Shown piece after piece: positions 26,809 through 43,837 of a stretch of 64,000 nucleotides of DNA. The position numbers were made by a program, and so were the translations under genes. Within the stretch, counting starts at the first letter, position 1. Each line of letters begins with the position of its first letter. The notes beneath the pieces are model-generated. The model saw nothing but the letters and a program-made list of their open reading frames with translations. It was not told where the DNA came from and searched no databases. The stretch is from Octopus vulgaris. Taxonomy: Eukaryota. Where the stretch lies: contig OX597833.1 in the NCBI GenBank assembly GCA_951406725.2, positions 35,712,001-35,776,000 on the forward strand, given 5' to 3'.

Positions 26809-27548
26809 CATGTATGTATGTATGTATGTACTAACAATCTACTAGATTAGGCTCCTGTTTTGAAACGAAGCCGCGATTAGGACAACCAATATAGGACAAT
26901 AAAACAAGCCTAGGAGAAGGTACTCTGATATAAAACCTGCAGCCAACTTAGTACCAGTCATCCTGCTTTTCTTCTCACTGGAATCTATTATTTTGGCCCA
27001 GAGAGTGGCAAAAGTATTGTACAAACGTTTTTCCATTGAAATCCAATGAAGTACAAATGTCCCCAACTAAACACTGTCATCGTAAATCCTCACTTTTCAA
27101 AAGTCCTATGGTGATAGAGGCGTGGCGACGTATGCAGACTTGACCAGTTGGAAGCATACATATACAGTGATTTGCTAAAAGACCTAGAACAACCCCAAAG
27201 CATAAACAAACGTATAATGAAACTCTGGAATCCCACTTTCCTGTGCACATAAGGCGTGAGGGTTCATATCTTAACATCGCTAATATGTTTTCATGGACAG
27301 GAACTTCGCTCAAGGTTCACTTCGTAGCTATATGATCATGAGTTGCAACCCATGTCACTATATCTTACGCAAGTGTTTTCTACGATAGCTTCAGACTGAC
27401 TAAAGTCATGTCAGCTAAAATTGAAAAATGAAAACTGGTTCAACTGCAACCGCAGTTGGTCAGTTAAGTCTCCCTCAACTTTAACCTCTGTTGATGGATA
27501 TAGTCTTCCTAAACTGCAATGACTGTTGGAAAATGGAATCTCTCTTAA

Positions 27549-27724
27549 CCCCTTACCCGGCAGAAACGAATATATGCGTTTTGACCTAAATCATGTTTTT
27601 CTATCTCTGGCGAGTTAACTCGTCAAAAGATAGACTCGCCAAAATCGACAATTAAAAAATAAAACAATTAAAAAATATGTCTGAAAAAATACATTTATTT
27701 TCAAAATAATTGTTGGGTAAGGGG
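27549..27724. mobile_element. piggyBac-type MITE
   Basis: TTAA at 27545-27548 and 27725-27728 flanking TIRs ccccttaccc / gggtaagggg. Confidence 0.8.
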
Positions 27725-28650
27725 TTAACAACATTTTTACTGAAACAGGAAAATGAACAGAAAATTTTATAATTACAATAAATTATCATAAGTTTATTAA
27801 ATCTGATATGTTTAGACATCCCAGTGAATAATTTAAAATCACATTATATAGTAATTGTCACACTGACCATTTCATAGAAAATTCTGAAAGACACGGTTCT
27901 GAGTCATCCAAAAACTGCGATGTATTACTTTATATGTTTTTATACTATATTCGGATCTTAACTTTTGGTTGTCAGTTATGTGAACAATAAATACATCCAT
28001 ACACAACACAATATTGAGACGTGCAACGAGAATAATGTAATACGCACAGAATTCCATACAAGCACAAAATAAATTCCCAAGTTGTACTTAACTGATTTAA
28101 TAAGTGATTTCATTAAGATTGGGTGAATAAAATGAATAGCTTCTAAAATAGTCGGATAATAATTCAGTTTGTCTTCGTGAAATATATTCTTATTCTTGAC
28201 TTCAAGAAAATTTATATTCGAGTTGCTTCAATAACTATTTCAGAATTACAGAATAAAGTACAACTCAAAAGAATGTCTACAATAAAATTCTTTACAATTC
28301 AACAACAAATAATGGTTTTAACTCGTTAACAGAGAAGAACTTTACTCACATACTTCAACGCGGTCTACTTTGGGTTCTAGATGAAGAATGAGAAACGCAA
28401 TACATAAATGCAATATTGATTTCAATTAAGTAAAACTTTATTGCTCCAAGTAGATAATATCATATATTTTTTCAACTTTATAACACTAATCTTCACATAA
28501 CCCACATGCAGTCTGACTACTGCAACAATTTGTATGAACAGATCAGAAAATGCTTATCTGTCTTCTTTTTTTTTTTCTCTCTGGTAAAACATTAAAATCT
28601 CAATACAGCCTCAACGCAAGAATACACACACACACACGCACGCACACACA

Positions 28651-28715
<65 letters not shown>

Positions 28716-28955
28716 ACATACATATATGTATAATTGTGTGTGTGTATTAGAGCTTGCTTGTATGTATGTGTATAAGTGTGTCTGTGTGTATAACTGTGTG
28801 TGTGTGCGTGTGTGTGCTGCCCAAACGACTACATTTTAACCCATTATTTCAAAGGGTTTTTGAAAATCTGATGGACCAGTTTGTGTAATATAACATCTGA
28901 TTAATAAATTACTGTCAAATAACATATGATATAATGTGAGCACTGATAATGTGTA

Positions 28956-30227
28956 TCAGGATGAATAAAAAGTAGGCAACGTTTTGAACCAAGAATTTTT
29001 ACCGGATTTTTGCTGAGTTTTGAATTTTTTTAAAACATTTTTTGCAATTGTCTGATAATACAGACATAGACTTGCCCAAATGCATCATTAAATTAACATG
29101 GATATTTTTTTCCTCATTGTTACAAACATCTGAAATAGAACTGTCAAAGCGCAATATTCGAGTAATTTTGCTATTCAACTTTAAAAAAGAACATAAAGCA
29201 GCTGAAACTGCTTGCGATATCCATGAAACGATTGGTGAGGAAATGTCCAGTGAGTGGTGGGCTCGAAAGTGGTTTAAAAGATTTCGCAGTGGAGACCTGA
29301 GCCTTGAAGATCGTGAGCGAGTGGACGCACATCTGTCATCGATGACGGTCAATTATAGACCGTCATTGAGAAAGATCCACATAAAGCCACTCGAGAACTG
29401 GCAAAATAACTTCAACTTAGTCAGAAAAATGCCTGTGACCATTTGCATGCGATCGGAAAATCAAATGAGCTCGACAAATGGGTACCACGTGATTTGAATG
29501 AAAATCAGAAAATGCGCAGATATAATAAATTTGCTCGTCCCTTCTCCGTAACCGGACCGATCCATTTCTCGACCGTATTATGACTTTCGATGAAAAGTGG
29601 ATTTTGTACAATAATAAAAAAGCGTTCTTCGCAGTGGTTGGATCAAAATGAAGCACTGAAAACCTTCCCTAAACCCGAGCTCTTCAAAAAGAAAGTTATG
29701 GTGACTCTTTGGTGGTGTACTGCTGGACTCATCTACTAAAACTTCTTAAAACCTGCCTGGAAAACCATTACTGCAGAAATATATTGCCATGAAATTGCCA
29801 ACATTAACGAAAAACTGCTACTCCTCCGTCCCAGACTGGTCAACAGAAGACGGCCAATCATTCTTCATGACAATGCTCGACCACACGTTTCTCTAGTGAA
29901 GTTGAGGGGACTTGGCTACAAAGTTTTTCTCCACCCAGCTTATTCCCCAGATCTTTCTGCTACCGACTGCCACCTTTACAAGCGCCTAGATGGTTTCCTG
30001 TGGGAGAACGAGTTAAAAAAATGAAACTGATGCTGAAAGTGCATTCAAAGACTCTATCAGCTCCAGAACTCCAGATTTTTATGTTACCGGAATAAACAAA
30101 CTCGTAACTCGTTGAGAAAAATGTAATGATTGTAATGATACTTTGATGAATAAAATTTCCGCATTGATCAAACATATTGCGATGAATTTCATGTTTCAAA
30201 ACGTTGCTTACTTTTTACTCACCCTGA
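28956..30227 (+). mobile_element. Full-length (1272 bp) mariner element with disrupted transposase
   Basis: ~33-bp TIRs tcaggatgaataaaaagtaggcaacgttttgaa / ttcaaaacgttgcttactttttactcaccctga, TA on both sides; WFKRFRSGD, WVP, DEKW, HDNARPH, YSPDL motifs. Confidence 0.95.
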
Positions 30228-30788
30228 TATCTCAGAATAATTACTACAGTACAACGATATGTTTGATAAATATATTTATGCCTTCCTGTGAAAATAAACT
30301 ACGTGATTGAACAACAGCTCTCCAACAACAGAGAAAAAGTGGATATATAGATTCGACCATTGCTACGCCTGGTATGTTTTGCTTAGTGTCTCTTAGTTAC
30401 TAAGAACGCAAATTGGTTAAGCCCAGCGTATAAATTAAATGGTGCTGTAACATAATTTATTGGAGATTTAATTTATAAAACGAGATACAATAAAATTTTA
30501 GATTGCTTCGTGGTGGAAAATGAAACCATCGTTTAACCAATCCAGCAACCAACTTTTCCTTATCTAGCGTGGATTAATCAAATCGAGTTTACATTTTTCA
30601 GAAGAGAGCAATACCAATCATTTTCTCACGAAACATGACAAAGTTAGAGTCTTGGCAAAGCTTTAACAGAAATCGAAACAATTCCTCTCGTAACAAAGAG
30701 TCCAATCTTGCGTCAATCTTGCAACTTTTCAGTGAATCTAAAAACAAATTTATTAAATATAAGGTTGAAAACCTGTATATAAATAAAA

Positions 30789-30860
<72 letters not shown>

Positions 30861-30899
30861 AATTCATCTATGTCTCTAGCTAACTAACTAGTGTTATCT

Positions 30900-30943
<44 letters not shown>

Positions 30944-31207
30944 GTACATACATGCATAAATACATATATATAGTGTTACTCTAAGAAGCAGTGAACACCA
31001 CCAGACTTTTCGATTCGAGTCAGATGTAGTAAACTGCTTCAAATCCTTGTTAGAGTATCCGCATAAGTGGAGTCAAGAGTGGCTGGATTGTACACGCATC
31101 GTATCTTATTAGTTGTGATAATGAAGTCTTTGAAGTCGTTTAATACGTACGTGTCACGTTTGTGTTATATATAACAAAAATGCATTCATTGTGTAAACCC
31201 TCCTCTG

Positions 31208-31325
31208 AGCCATTTATCCTCTTGGGGTCGATAAAATAAGTACCAGTTGAGTACTGGGGCCGATGTAACCGACTAGCTCTCTCCCCCAAAGTTTCAAGTT
31301 TTGAGCTTATAGTAGAAGATATTAT
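31208..31325 (+). mobile_element. SINE family A 3' fragment
   Basis: ggggtcgataaaataagtaccagttgagtactgggg core. Confidence 0.75.
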
Positions 31326-31351
31326 TTCAACTATATATATATATATATATT

Positions 31352-31498
31352 TATCTCTGGATCTTTCCTTCTATGTTTCCGAATGAAGAGCTCCGCTCGA
31401 AACGTTAAACCCTCCTTCTTTCCTGAGCGTCCAATAATACTATATTTGTTCCACGTCCTCGCGTTGTTCTGTTTTTTTTTGTGCTTTCTTGTTTGGAT

Positions 31499-31503
<5 letters not shown>
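31352..31503 (+). mobile_element. (TA)n-anchored short repeat with minimal hammerhead-like motif; homolog at 37651-37860 (-)
   Basis: gaagagctccgctcgaaacgttaaaccctcc..gagcgtccaataatactat..ttggattaact shared by both copies. Confidence 0.75.
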
Positions 31504-31545
<42 letters not shown>

Positions 31546-31701
31546 CAAAATGGGCCAAATTTGCAAAACATCCGGACAGTTAGATGATACAAAAAGGGAC
31601 AACAAAACATCCAGATAGACAATACAAAGGACAGGTCATTCGAAGTTTTTCTTTCTTCAGTCAAGCACCAGATTATCCTCACAATTTCGGCTACACACAC
31701 A

Positions 31702-31763
<62 letters not shown>

Positions 31764-31892
31764 CACACGCACAAACACATACACACATACATCCGTACAT
31801 GGATGTATATTATATATGTAGTTACATGTACATGTAAATCTCTCTGTCTCTGTTTCTGCGTCTGTCTGTCTGTCTGTCTGTCCGTCTGTCTT

Positions 31893-31999
<107 letters not shown>

Positions 32000-32377
32000 G
32001 GAGAGAGAGAGGGAGAGAAAGAGAAAGATTTATATATACATAAACGTAGTGAGGACTTGCTCAATATGTTTAGCTTTTTATTAAGGTTTCACTCAGTGCA
32101 CACTTGCCTTTTCAGTCTGAATTCAGGGTGATTGTATTCTTATTTATTTTACCAACAATGTTATAAGTGGGGAAATAAAGGGAACAGGGAGAGTACATAC
32201 TACCAACATGAATTTCAGTGAAATAGCATGTGAACTAAACTTCAATGAGCATCAGATGACAACCAGGATGAGTCACCTGTATAAATGAAAGAAATAAGCT
32301 ATATTTGAAACATTGAAATGTGTGTGTGTGAGTGAGAGAGAGAGGGAGAGAAAGAGAGAGGGTGTATGTGTGTGTGT

Positions 32378-32652
32378 GCCGATATTTCGCTCTGGCATTG
32401 TGAGACTAATAACCTGGTGTAGAACTCAATATACATAAGCTCCCGAATGATTCGTTAATCGAGGACGTAGATGTGATAAGAAAGTGAAATGACAAAGGAA
32501 TAAGCGATTGTCTTATGAACTTTATTAGCTTATAACTATTTCTGCTCCGATGCAGTGGACTCATAGTTTAGTGCCTGAGTAACACCTCAAAGCAGAAACA
32601 GCTGTAAGCTAATGAAACTCATAAGATAACCATTTATTCTTTTGTCATCTCA

Positions 32653-32658
<6 letters not shown>
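32378..32658. mobile_element. Fold-back element, copy 4 (opposite orientation: tail left, arms 32478-32658 abutting (TA)n)
   Basis: atgacaaaggaataagcgattgtcttatga..tttctgct pairs imperfectly with agcagaaac..tcataagataaccatttattcttttgtcat. Confidence 0.7.
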
Positions 32659-32724
<66 letters not shown>

Positions 32725-32730
<6 letters not shown>

Positions 32731-32887
32731 GGAGTGGCTGTGTGGTACGTAGATTGCCTACCAACCACATGGCTCCGGGTTCAGTCCCGCTGCGTGGCAC
32801 CTTGCACAAGTGTCTTCTACTATAGTCTCGGGCCGACCAAAGCCTTGTGAGTGGATTTGGTAGACGGAAACTGAAAGAAGCCCGTCG

Positions 32888-32967
<80 letters not shown>

Positions 32968-33193
32968 TGTGTGTATATGTTTGTGCGTCTGTGTTTGTTC
33001 CCGCCCCCCAACATCACTTGAAAACCGATGGTGGTGTATTTACGACCCGGTAACCTAGCGGTTCGGCAAAAGAGTACGACAGAATAAGTACTAGGCTTAC
33101 AAAGAATAAGTCCTGGGGTCGAACTGCTCGACTAAAGGCGGTGCTCCAGCATGGCTGCAGTCAAATGACTGAAATAAGTAAAAGAGTAAAAGA

Positions 33194-33195
<2 letters not shown>
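32725..33195 (+). mobile_element. Full-length SINE family B with internal (TA)n(TG)n, inserted in (TA)n
   Basis: Head gcacaggagtggctgtgtggt, B-box gggttcagtccc, tail gactgaaataagtaaaagagtaaaagag. Confidence 0.93.
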
Positions 33196-33245
<50 letters not shown>

Positions 33246-33438
33246 TAATAGCAATAGAAGCAGTATTAATTAATACCAAAACGTAATACTTGTCTACCTC
33301 TTAGTGCCGAAGTTGTGTTTGGACACAGAATACTGCATTATTTTCTATGAGAGGATTTCTTATATGGACTCGTGCTGCGTTAAAACACTCGTGTTTATAC
33401 CGTTGATGGGCGATAACCGTCCACTACGATCGTCGGAA

Positions 33439-33485
33439 CTACCAGATCACGCGATTTCGCCCTTGCTTGGGCTTGTCAACGATAG
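33439..33485 (-). ncRNA. Type I hammerhead ribozyme fold, core mutated
   Basis: CUAUCG-uUGACaA-GCCC(aagcaa)GGGC-GAAA-UCGCGUGA-UC-UGGUAG: stems I-III form; two core deviations from CUGANGA. Confidence 0.72.
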
Positions 33486-33790
33486 ACAACCAGCAGATAC
33501 ATAGCAGCTGATCTCCTCGTTAATGACATACAGAATCTCAGTGTCGCTTCAGGCAGTGGTCTCAGAAATAGCATGTGAGCCTATTTAAAACAAATAATAA
33601 TTAATAATGACAGAATCGATATCAATCCCAAAAGGTCATATTATCTCCCACTTAACGTGGAGGTTTTCTTAGGACATAGAATGATGCGTTATTTACCATG
33701 AAAAGACATTTCATATGGAATTGTGTTGGATAAAATCACTCGTGTTTACATTGTTGAGGAGCGATAAACCGTCCGCTACATCTGCTGGAA

Positions 33791-33837
33791 CTCCCAGATA
33801 ACGTGGTTTCGGCCTTCTTTGGCCTTGTCAGTGACAG
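33791..33837 (-). ncRNA. Type I hammerhead ribozyme fold, second unit, core mutated
   Basis: CUGUCA-CUGACaA-GGCC(aaagaa)GGCC-GAAA-CCACGUUA-UC-UGGGAG; stem II intact, stem III damaged. Confidence 0.68.
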
Positions 33838-34299
33838 ACGTCCAGAGGAGACAGATATAGCCGATTTCTCCGTGAAAGATATATAGAATATTAGAGTTTA
33901 TTCAGTTACTGTCATGGGAAAAACCAACAACATTACTTAATCCTGAAGATGTGATCGTGAATGTCTCCAAAGATTGATGATAAATTTGGGAGGCATATTC
34001 TTTGTTCCAAATAAAATGCACGAAAATCAGAAGCAGATACGAAAAGGATTTGATTGTGATAAAATTAGAACACAATCGTTGTTTTCAATATCTACATAGA
34101 CACAAACATACACGCATCTACATAGACACAAACATACACACACGCATACGCACGCACACGCACGCGCGCGTTGCAATGTATTAAGAATCGTATGGTGCGC
34201 TGAGTAAAAATTAGTCCGTTGCAAGTAGCAGCAGCAGCAACGGCACTAATGCTTTTATTTTTATATATGTTATTTTTTTTTGTTGCTGTTTCTTAGTCG

Positions 34300-34682
34300 T
34301 TTCCTGACACCACCGACATCAGCACCACTACCACCACCACCGCCACCGCCGCCACCACCGACACTACTGCCTCAATTAGTAACACCACCATCATCACGTC
34401 CATTATTAATACCATGTCGAAATGAAAGTATAACTGCTTACGTGATTGCAGCCGTTTCAACAGTCAGTTACACAGTCAGCACCAGCAGTTACTTCTGACT
34501 ACTACTACGACTACTGCTGCTGCTGCTGCCTCAGCCGCTGTCGACGTTGCTGCCACCGCCGCCGCGACTGCTCCGTTTGTTACTGCAGCGGTTGTTAATG
34601 TTGTTAATAATGTTCCTGGTAATGATGATGATGATGATGATGATTATATGTCGGCGCTTGAAAAGTAAAATAGCAAATTAAA

Positions 34683-34720
<38 letters not shown>

Positions 34721-34725
34721 TTCTT

Positions 34726-34758
<33 letters not shown>

Positions 34759-34836
34759 GCATATATATAATTAGTTATATATATATATATATATATATAA
34801 TTAGTTATATATATATATATATATATATATAATTAG

Positions 34837-34871
<35 letters not shown>

Positions 34872-35268
34872 GGTACGTATTTGTGTATGTGTATATAATT
34901 GTATATGTGCATGTGTATTCGCGCGTGCGTTTGTCTGCAATTCTCTCCCTCTCTCCCATTCACTCTCTCTCTCTCTCTCTCTCTCCCCCTCTCTCTCTCT
35001 CTCTCTCTGACACCATCTACACCACCGACAACGGTTCATTTGAATGTCTGCTTCCCTTCCCTCTCATTGGGCCATTCAAACATCTTTGCTTGCCTGCTAT
35101 TGGTTCTTTTTCAAATCAGTCTGTCAGTTTTCGTAGTCGGTCCATTTGAATAAACTGGTGAGCTCCCTGTGCTACGATTGGTTCGTCTCTCGTCAGCAGT
35201 GAAACGATGTAGATGACGACGACGACGATGATGATGATGACGATGAAGACGACGACGACGACGACGAC

Positions 35269-35303
<35 letters not shown>

Positions 35304-36429
35304 CGATGATGATGATGATGGTAATGATGGTGCTGATGATGATGACGATGCTGATGATGACGACAATGATGATGATGATGACAACGACGACGATGATGAT
35401 GATGATGATCTGATCATGATGACGTTGGTGATGATGATGATGTTGATGATAATGATGTTGATGATGGTGATGATGGTTGATTGTGTTTGTGATGATAGTG
35501 ATTGTGGATATGATTGTAGTGGTGGTGGTAGTATTAGTGGTGGTGGTGGTGGTGGTGTATTTGGTAGTAGGTAGGTAGCTATCGTTTGCAGTGGTAGTGA
35601 TTGGGGGGGTCTGTTGATTGTATTGGTGTCGTTGGTGCATTGCTAATGATAGTGATAACGAAGAGGATAGTGATGGCGGTGGTGGTAGTAGTAGAGGTTG
35701 TAGTGGGACTGACGATTGTGGTAGTAGTGGTAGTAGTAGGTGATAGAGACAGGGGTGGTATTAATATTAGTAATGCTGTTATGGTGGTGAGTTAGTAACG
35801 GCAGTGATTCTAGTAGTCCTAATAGATGGTGATGGTGGTGGTGGAGGCAGCGGCGGCGGTAGTGGTGGTGCTAATGGAGGCAGCAGCGGTGGTAGTGGTG
35901 GTGTTGATAATATTAGTGCGGTGCTAGTTAGCAGTAGCAGTCTGGTATTGATGATGGTAATGACGATGGTAGCGACGGTGCAGGTGCTTGCGATAATGGC
36001 CGACCATTGTTGTAGTACTGCTAGTGAGTGGTAGTGGAAGTAGTGGTAGTAGTGGTGATAGTGGTGGTGGTATTGGTGGTTGTGGTGATGGTGGTGAGGC
36101 AGTGGTAGAGATGGTGATGGTTGTGGTGGTGGTGGTTGTGGTGGTGTTGATGGTGGTGTTAATGGTGGTAGTGGAGGTGGTGGTAGTGGAGGTGGTGGCA
36201 TTGGAGCCAGTTGAAGGTACTAATAGAAATTACTAGTAGCGATTGGTAACATAGTTAGTAGTGGTAAAGATGCTACAAGTGGGGTGGGGTGGGGTGGGGT
36301 GGGGTTATTAATGCTACTGATAGTGACAGAGTGGCAGTAGTTACATTGGTAGTGTTGCTTGTGGTGGTGTTAGTGGACGCGTATGATGTTGCTGTGGTGG
36401 TAGTCGTAATAGTTGTTTTAGTAGTAGTC

Positions 36430-36474
<45 letters not shown>

Positions 36475-36710
36475 AGTCGTAGTAGTAGTAGTGGGGGGTG
36501 TTAGTGCTTCGGTAACAGTTAGGACAGTGTTAATGCTGATGGTAATGGAGTGATGGAAATAGTAAGGGCCACTGCTGGTGGTGGTGGTGGTGGTAGTAGT
36601 AGTAGTAGTGATGATGATAGTTGAGCTAACGATATTCGTAGTGGTGGTGGTGGTGGTGGTGGTGGTTGGATTTGTGGTAGTACTGTGGCGGTGGTAATGT
36701 AGGAAGTTTT
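34300..36710. repeat. Mosaic of degenerate trinucleotide repeats (CCA, GCT, GAT, GAC, GGT, GTA) with (CT)n and (TA)n
   Basis: Directly visible; gives poly-M/V/G/S/P ORFs with stops in all frames. Confidence 0.9.
35030..35200. promoter_or_regulatory. Candidate promoter/enhancer island with CCAAT boxes and CHR-like TTTGAA motifs
   Basis: ATTGG at 35066, 35099, 35177; TTTGAA/TTCAAA at 35039, 35075, 35110, 35145. Confidence 0.35.
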
Positions 36711-37199
36711 CATTTAATATCTGAACTACTACAGACTTCTCTAACCGCTAGAATGAAAAAAAAAAGTCAGACTAAGAGAGAAGGACACCCTCCCCACTAC
36801 ATTCTAACGCGTCCCCATCGCCACACTACCCCGACGAAATATAAAGTTTGCTGTCAAGGCCACATATTTAAATAGGCTGACACAACTAATGTTATTGGTC
36901 CATTTACACTGCCTGCTTAAATGACACGCTTCTTGTTCTTTGTGGTTTGTTTTAGAATCTTTTTGGCCTCAAATTTTATTATTATTTCAGTGATATGTTT
37001 TCTTTGACTTTTTTGTAAACGTTTTTATACCTTTTTCCTCATTCTCTTCTTCTCTTTTCTTCAGCATTCCCGTATTTTCTGTGACACGTATCAACGCGGT
37101 CATCTATCCAGTATAAGACAAGGTATAAAGAACGGTCAATGCATGTTTTTCTTTATTGCAGTAAATCCCTCACTAGTAATTATGTATTTATATATATAT

Positions 37200-37431
37200 A
37201 TTTCTTTACTACCCACAAGGGGCCAAACACAGAGGGGATAAACAAGGACAGACAAAGGGATTAAGTCGATTACATCGACCCCAGTGCGTAACTGGTACTT
37301 AATTTATCGACCCCGAAAGGATGAAAGGCAAAGTCGACCTCGGCGGAATTTGAACTCGGAACGTAACGACAGACGAAATACGGCTACGCAGGTCGCCCGG
37401 CGTGCTAACGTTTCTGCCAACTCACCGCCTT
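37200..37431 (-). mobile_element. SINE family A monomer
   Basis: Complete reverse-complement copy from tatttctttact to ctcaccgcctt. Confidence 0.93.
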
Positions 37432-37531
37432 CATATATATGGCAAGACAACAGAAGAATGGAGACCTCGATATTATGTAAATAGAGGAATGTATCTGTAA
37501 ATATAATATGTGTCATATATTCGGTAGCCAT

Positions 37532-37592
37532 GATAAAAATCCGAGTTTCGGATGTCGGGGCGGAAACCCACGCCGGCACCTCTTCAGTTATC
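37532..37592 (-). ncRNA. Type I hammerhead-like motif with intact CUGAAGA/GAAA core and long stem II, in a (TA)n-flanked island (37440-37612)
   Basis: GAUAA-CUGAAGA-GGUGCCGG..CCGACAUCC-GAAA-CUCGGAU-UU-UUAUC; stem III mismatched. Confidence 0.6.
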
Positions 37593-37606
37593 GAACCGTC
37601 GAAAAA

Positions 37607-37650
<44 letters not shown>

Positions 37651-37654
<4 letters not shown>

Positions 37655-37860
37655 TAATCCAAACAAGAAAACACAAAAGAGCACAACAACGCGAGGACGT
37701 GGAACAAACATAGTATTATTGGACGCTCAGGAAAGAAGGGAAGAAGGAGGGTTTAACGTTTCGAGCGGAGCTCTTCGTAGGAAACATAGGAGAAGGAAAG
37801 ATCCCGAGAAAGGAAGACAGAGGACAAAAAGTTGCCAACGGTACACACAACGGTACGCAC
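37651..37860 (-). mobile_element. Longer copy of the 31352-31503 element
   Basis: Same 3' end abutting (TA)n; same gaagagctccgctcgaaacgtt motif. Confidence 0.75.
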
Positions 37861-37879
37861 GGATGCAGACATACATATA

Positions 37880-43700
<5,821 letters not shown>

Positions 43701-43708
43701 TACACACA

Positions 43709-43757
<49 letters not shown>

Positions 43758-43789
43758 ACACACACACACATACACACACACATACACAC

Positions 43790-43837
<48 letters not shown>

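Larger units (their letters stand above)
33290..33975 (-). mobile_element. Tandem dimer of a ~352-bp unit with a hammerhead in each unit (retrozyme-like or Penelope pLTR-like)
   Basis: Collinear blocks ggaca.agaat, tatgga, cactcgtgttta, gcgataa.ccgtcc.cta, ggaact.ccagat at about 350-bp offset. Confidence 0.75.

Noticed and set aside
34765-34845. Three aattagtt units with (TA)n spacers, superficially array-like
   Set aside because: Slippage minisatellite; not CRISPR (no unique spacers, no cas genes, eukaryotic context)
35177-35200. CUGACGA on the minus strand
   Set aside because: Followed by GAGAC-GAAC; no stem II or GAAA, so not a hammerhead
34280-36713. Poly-P/H/G/M ORFs resembling transcription-factor low-complexity regions
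   Set aside because: No folded domain, stops in all frames, no convincing splice sites
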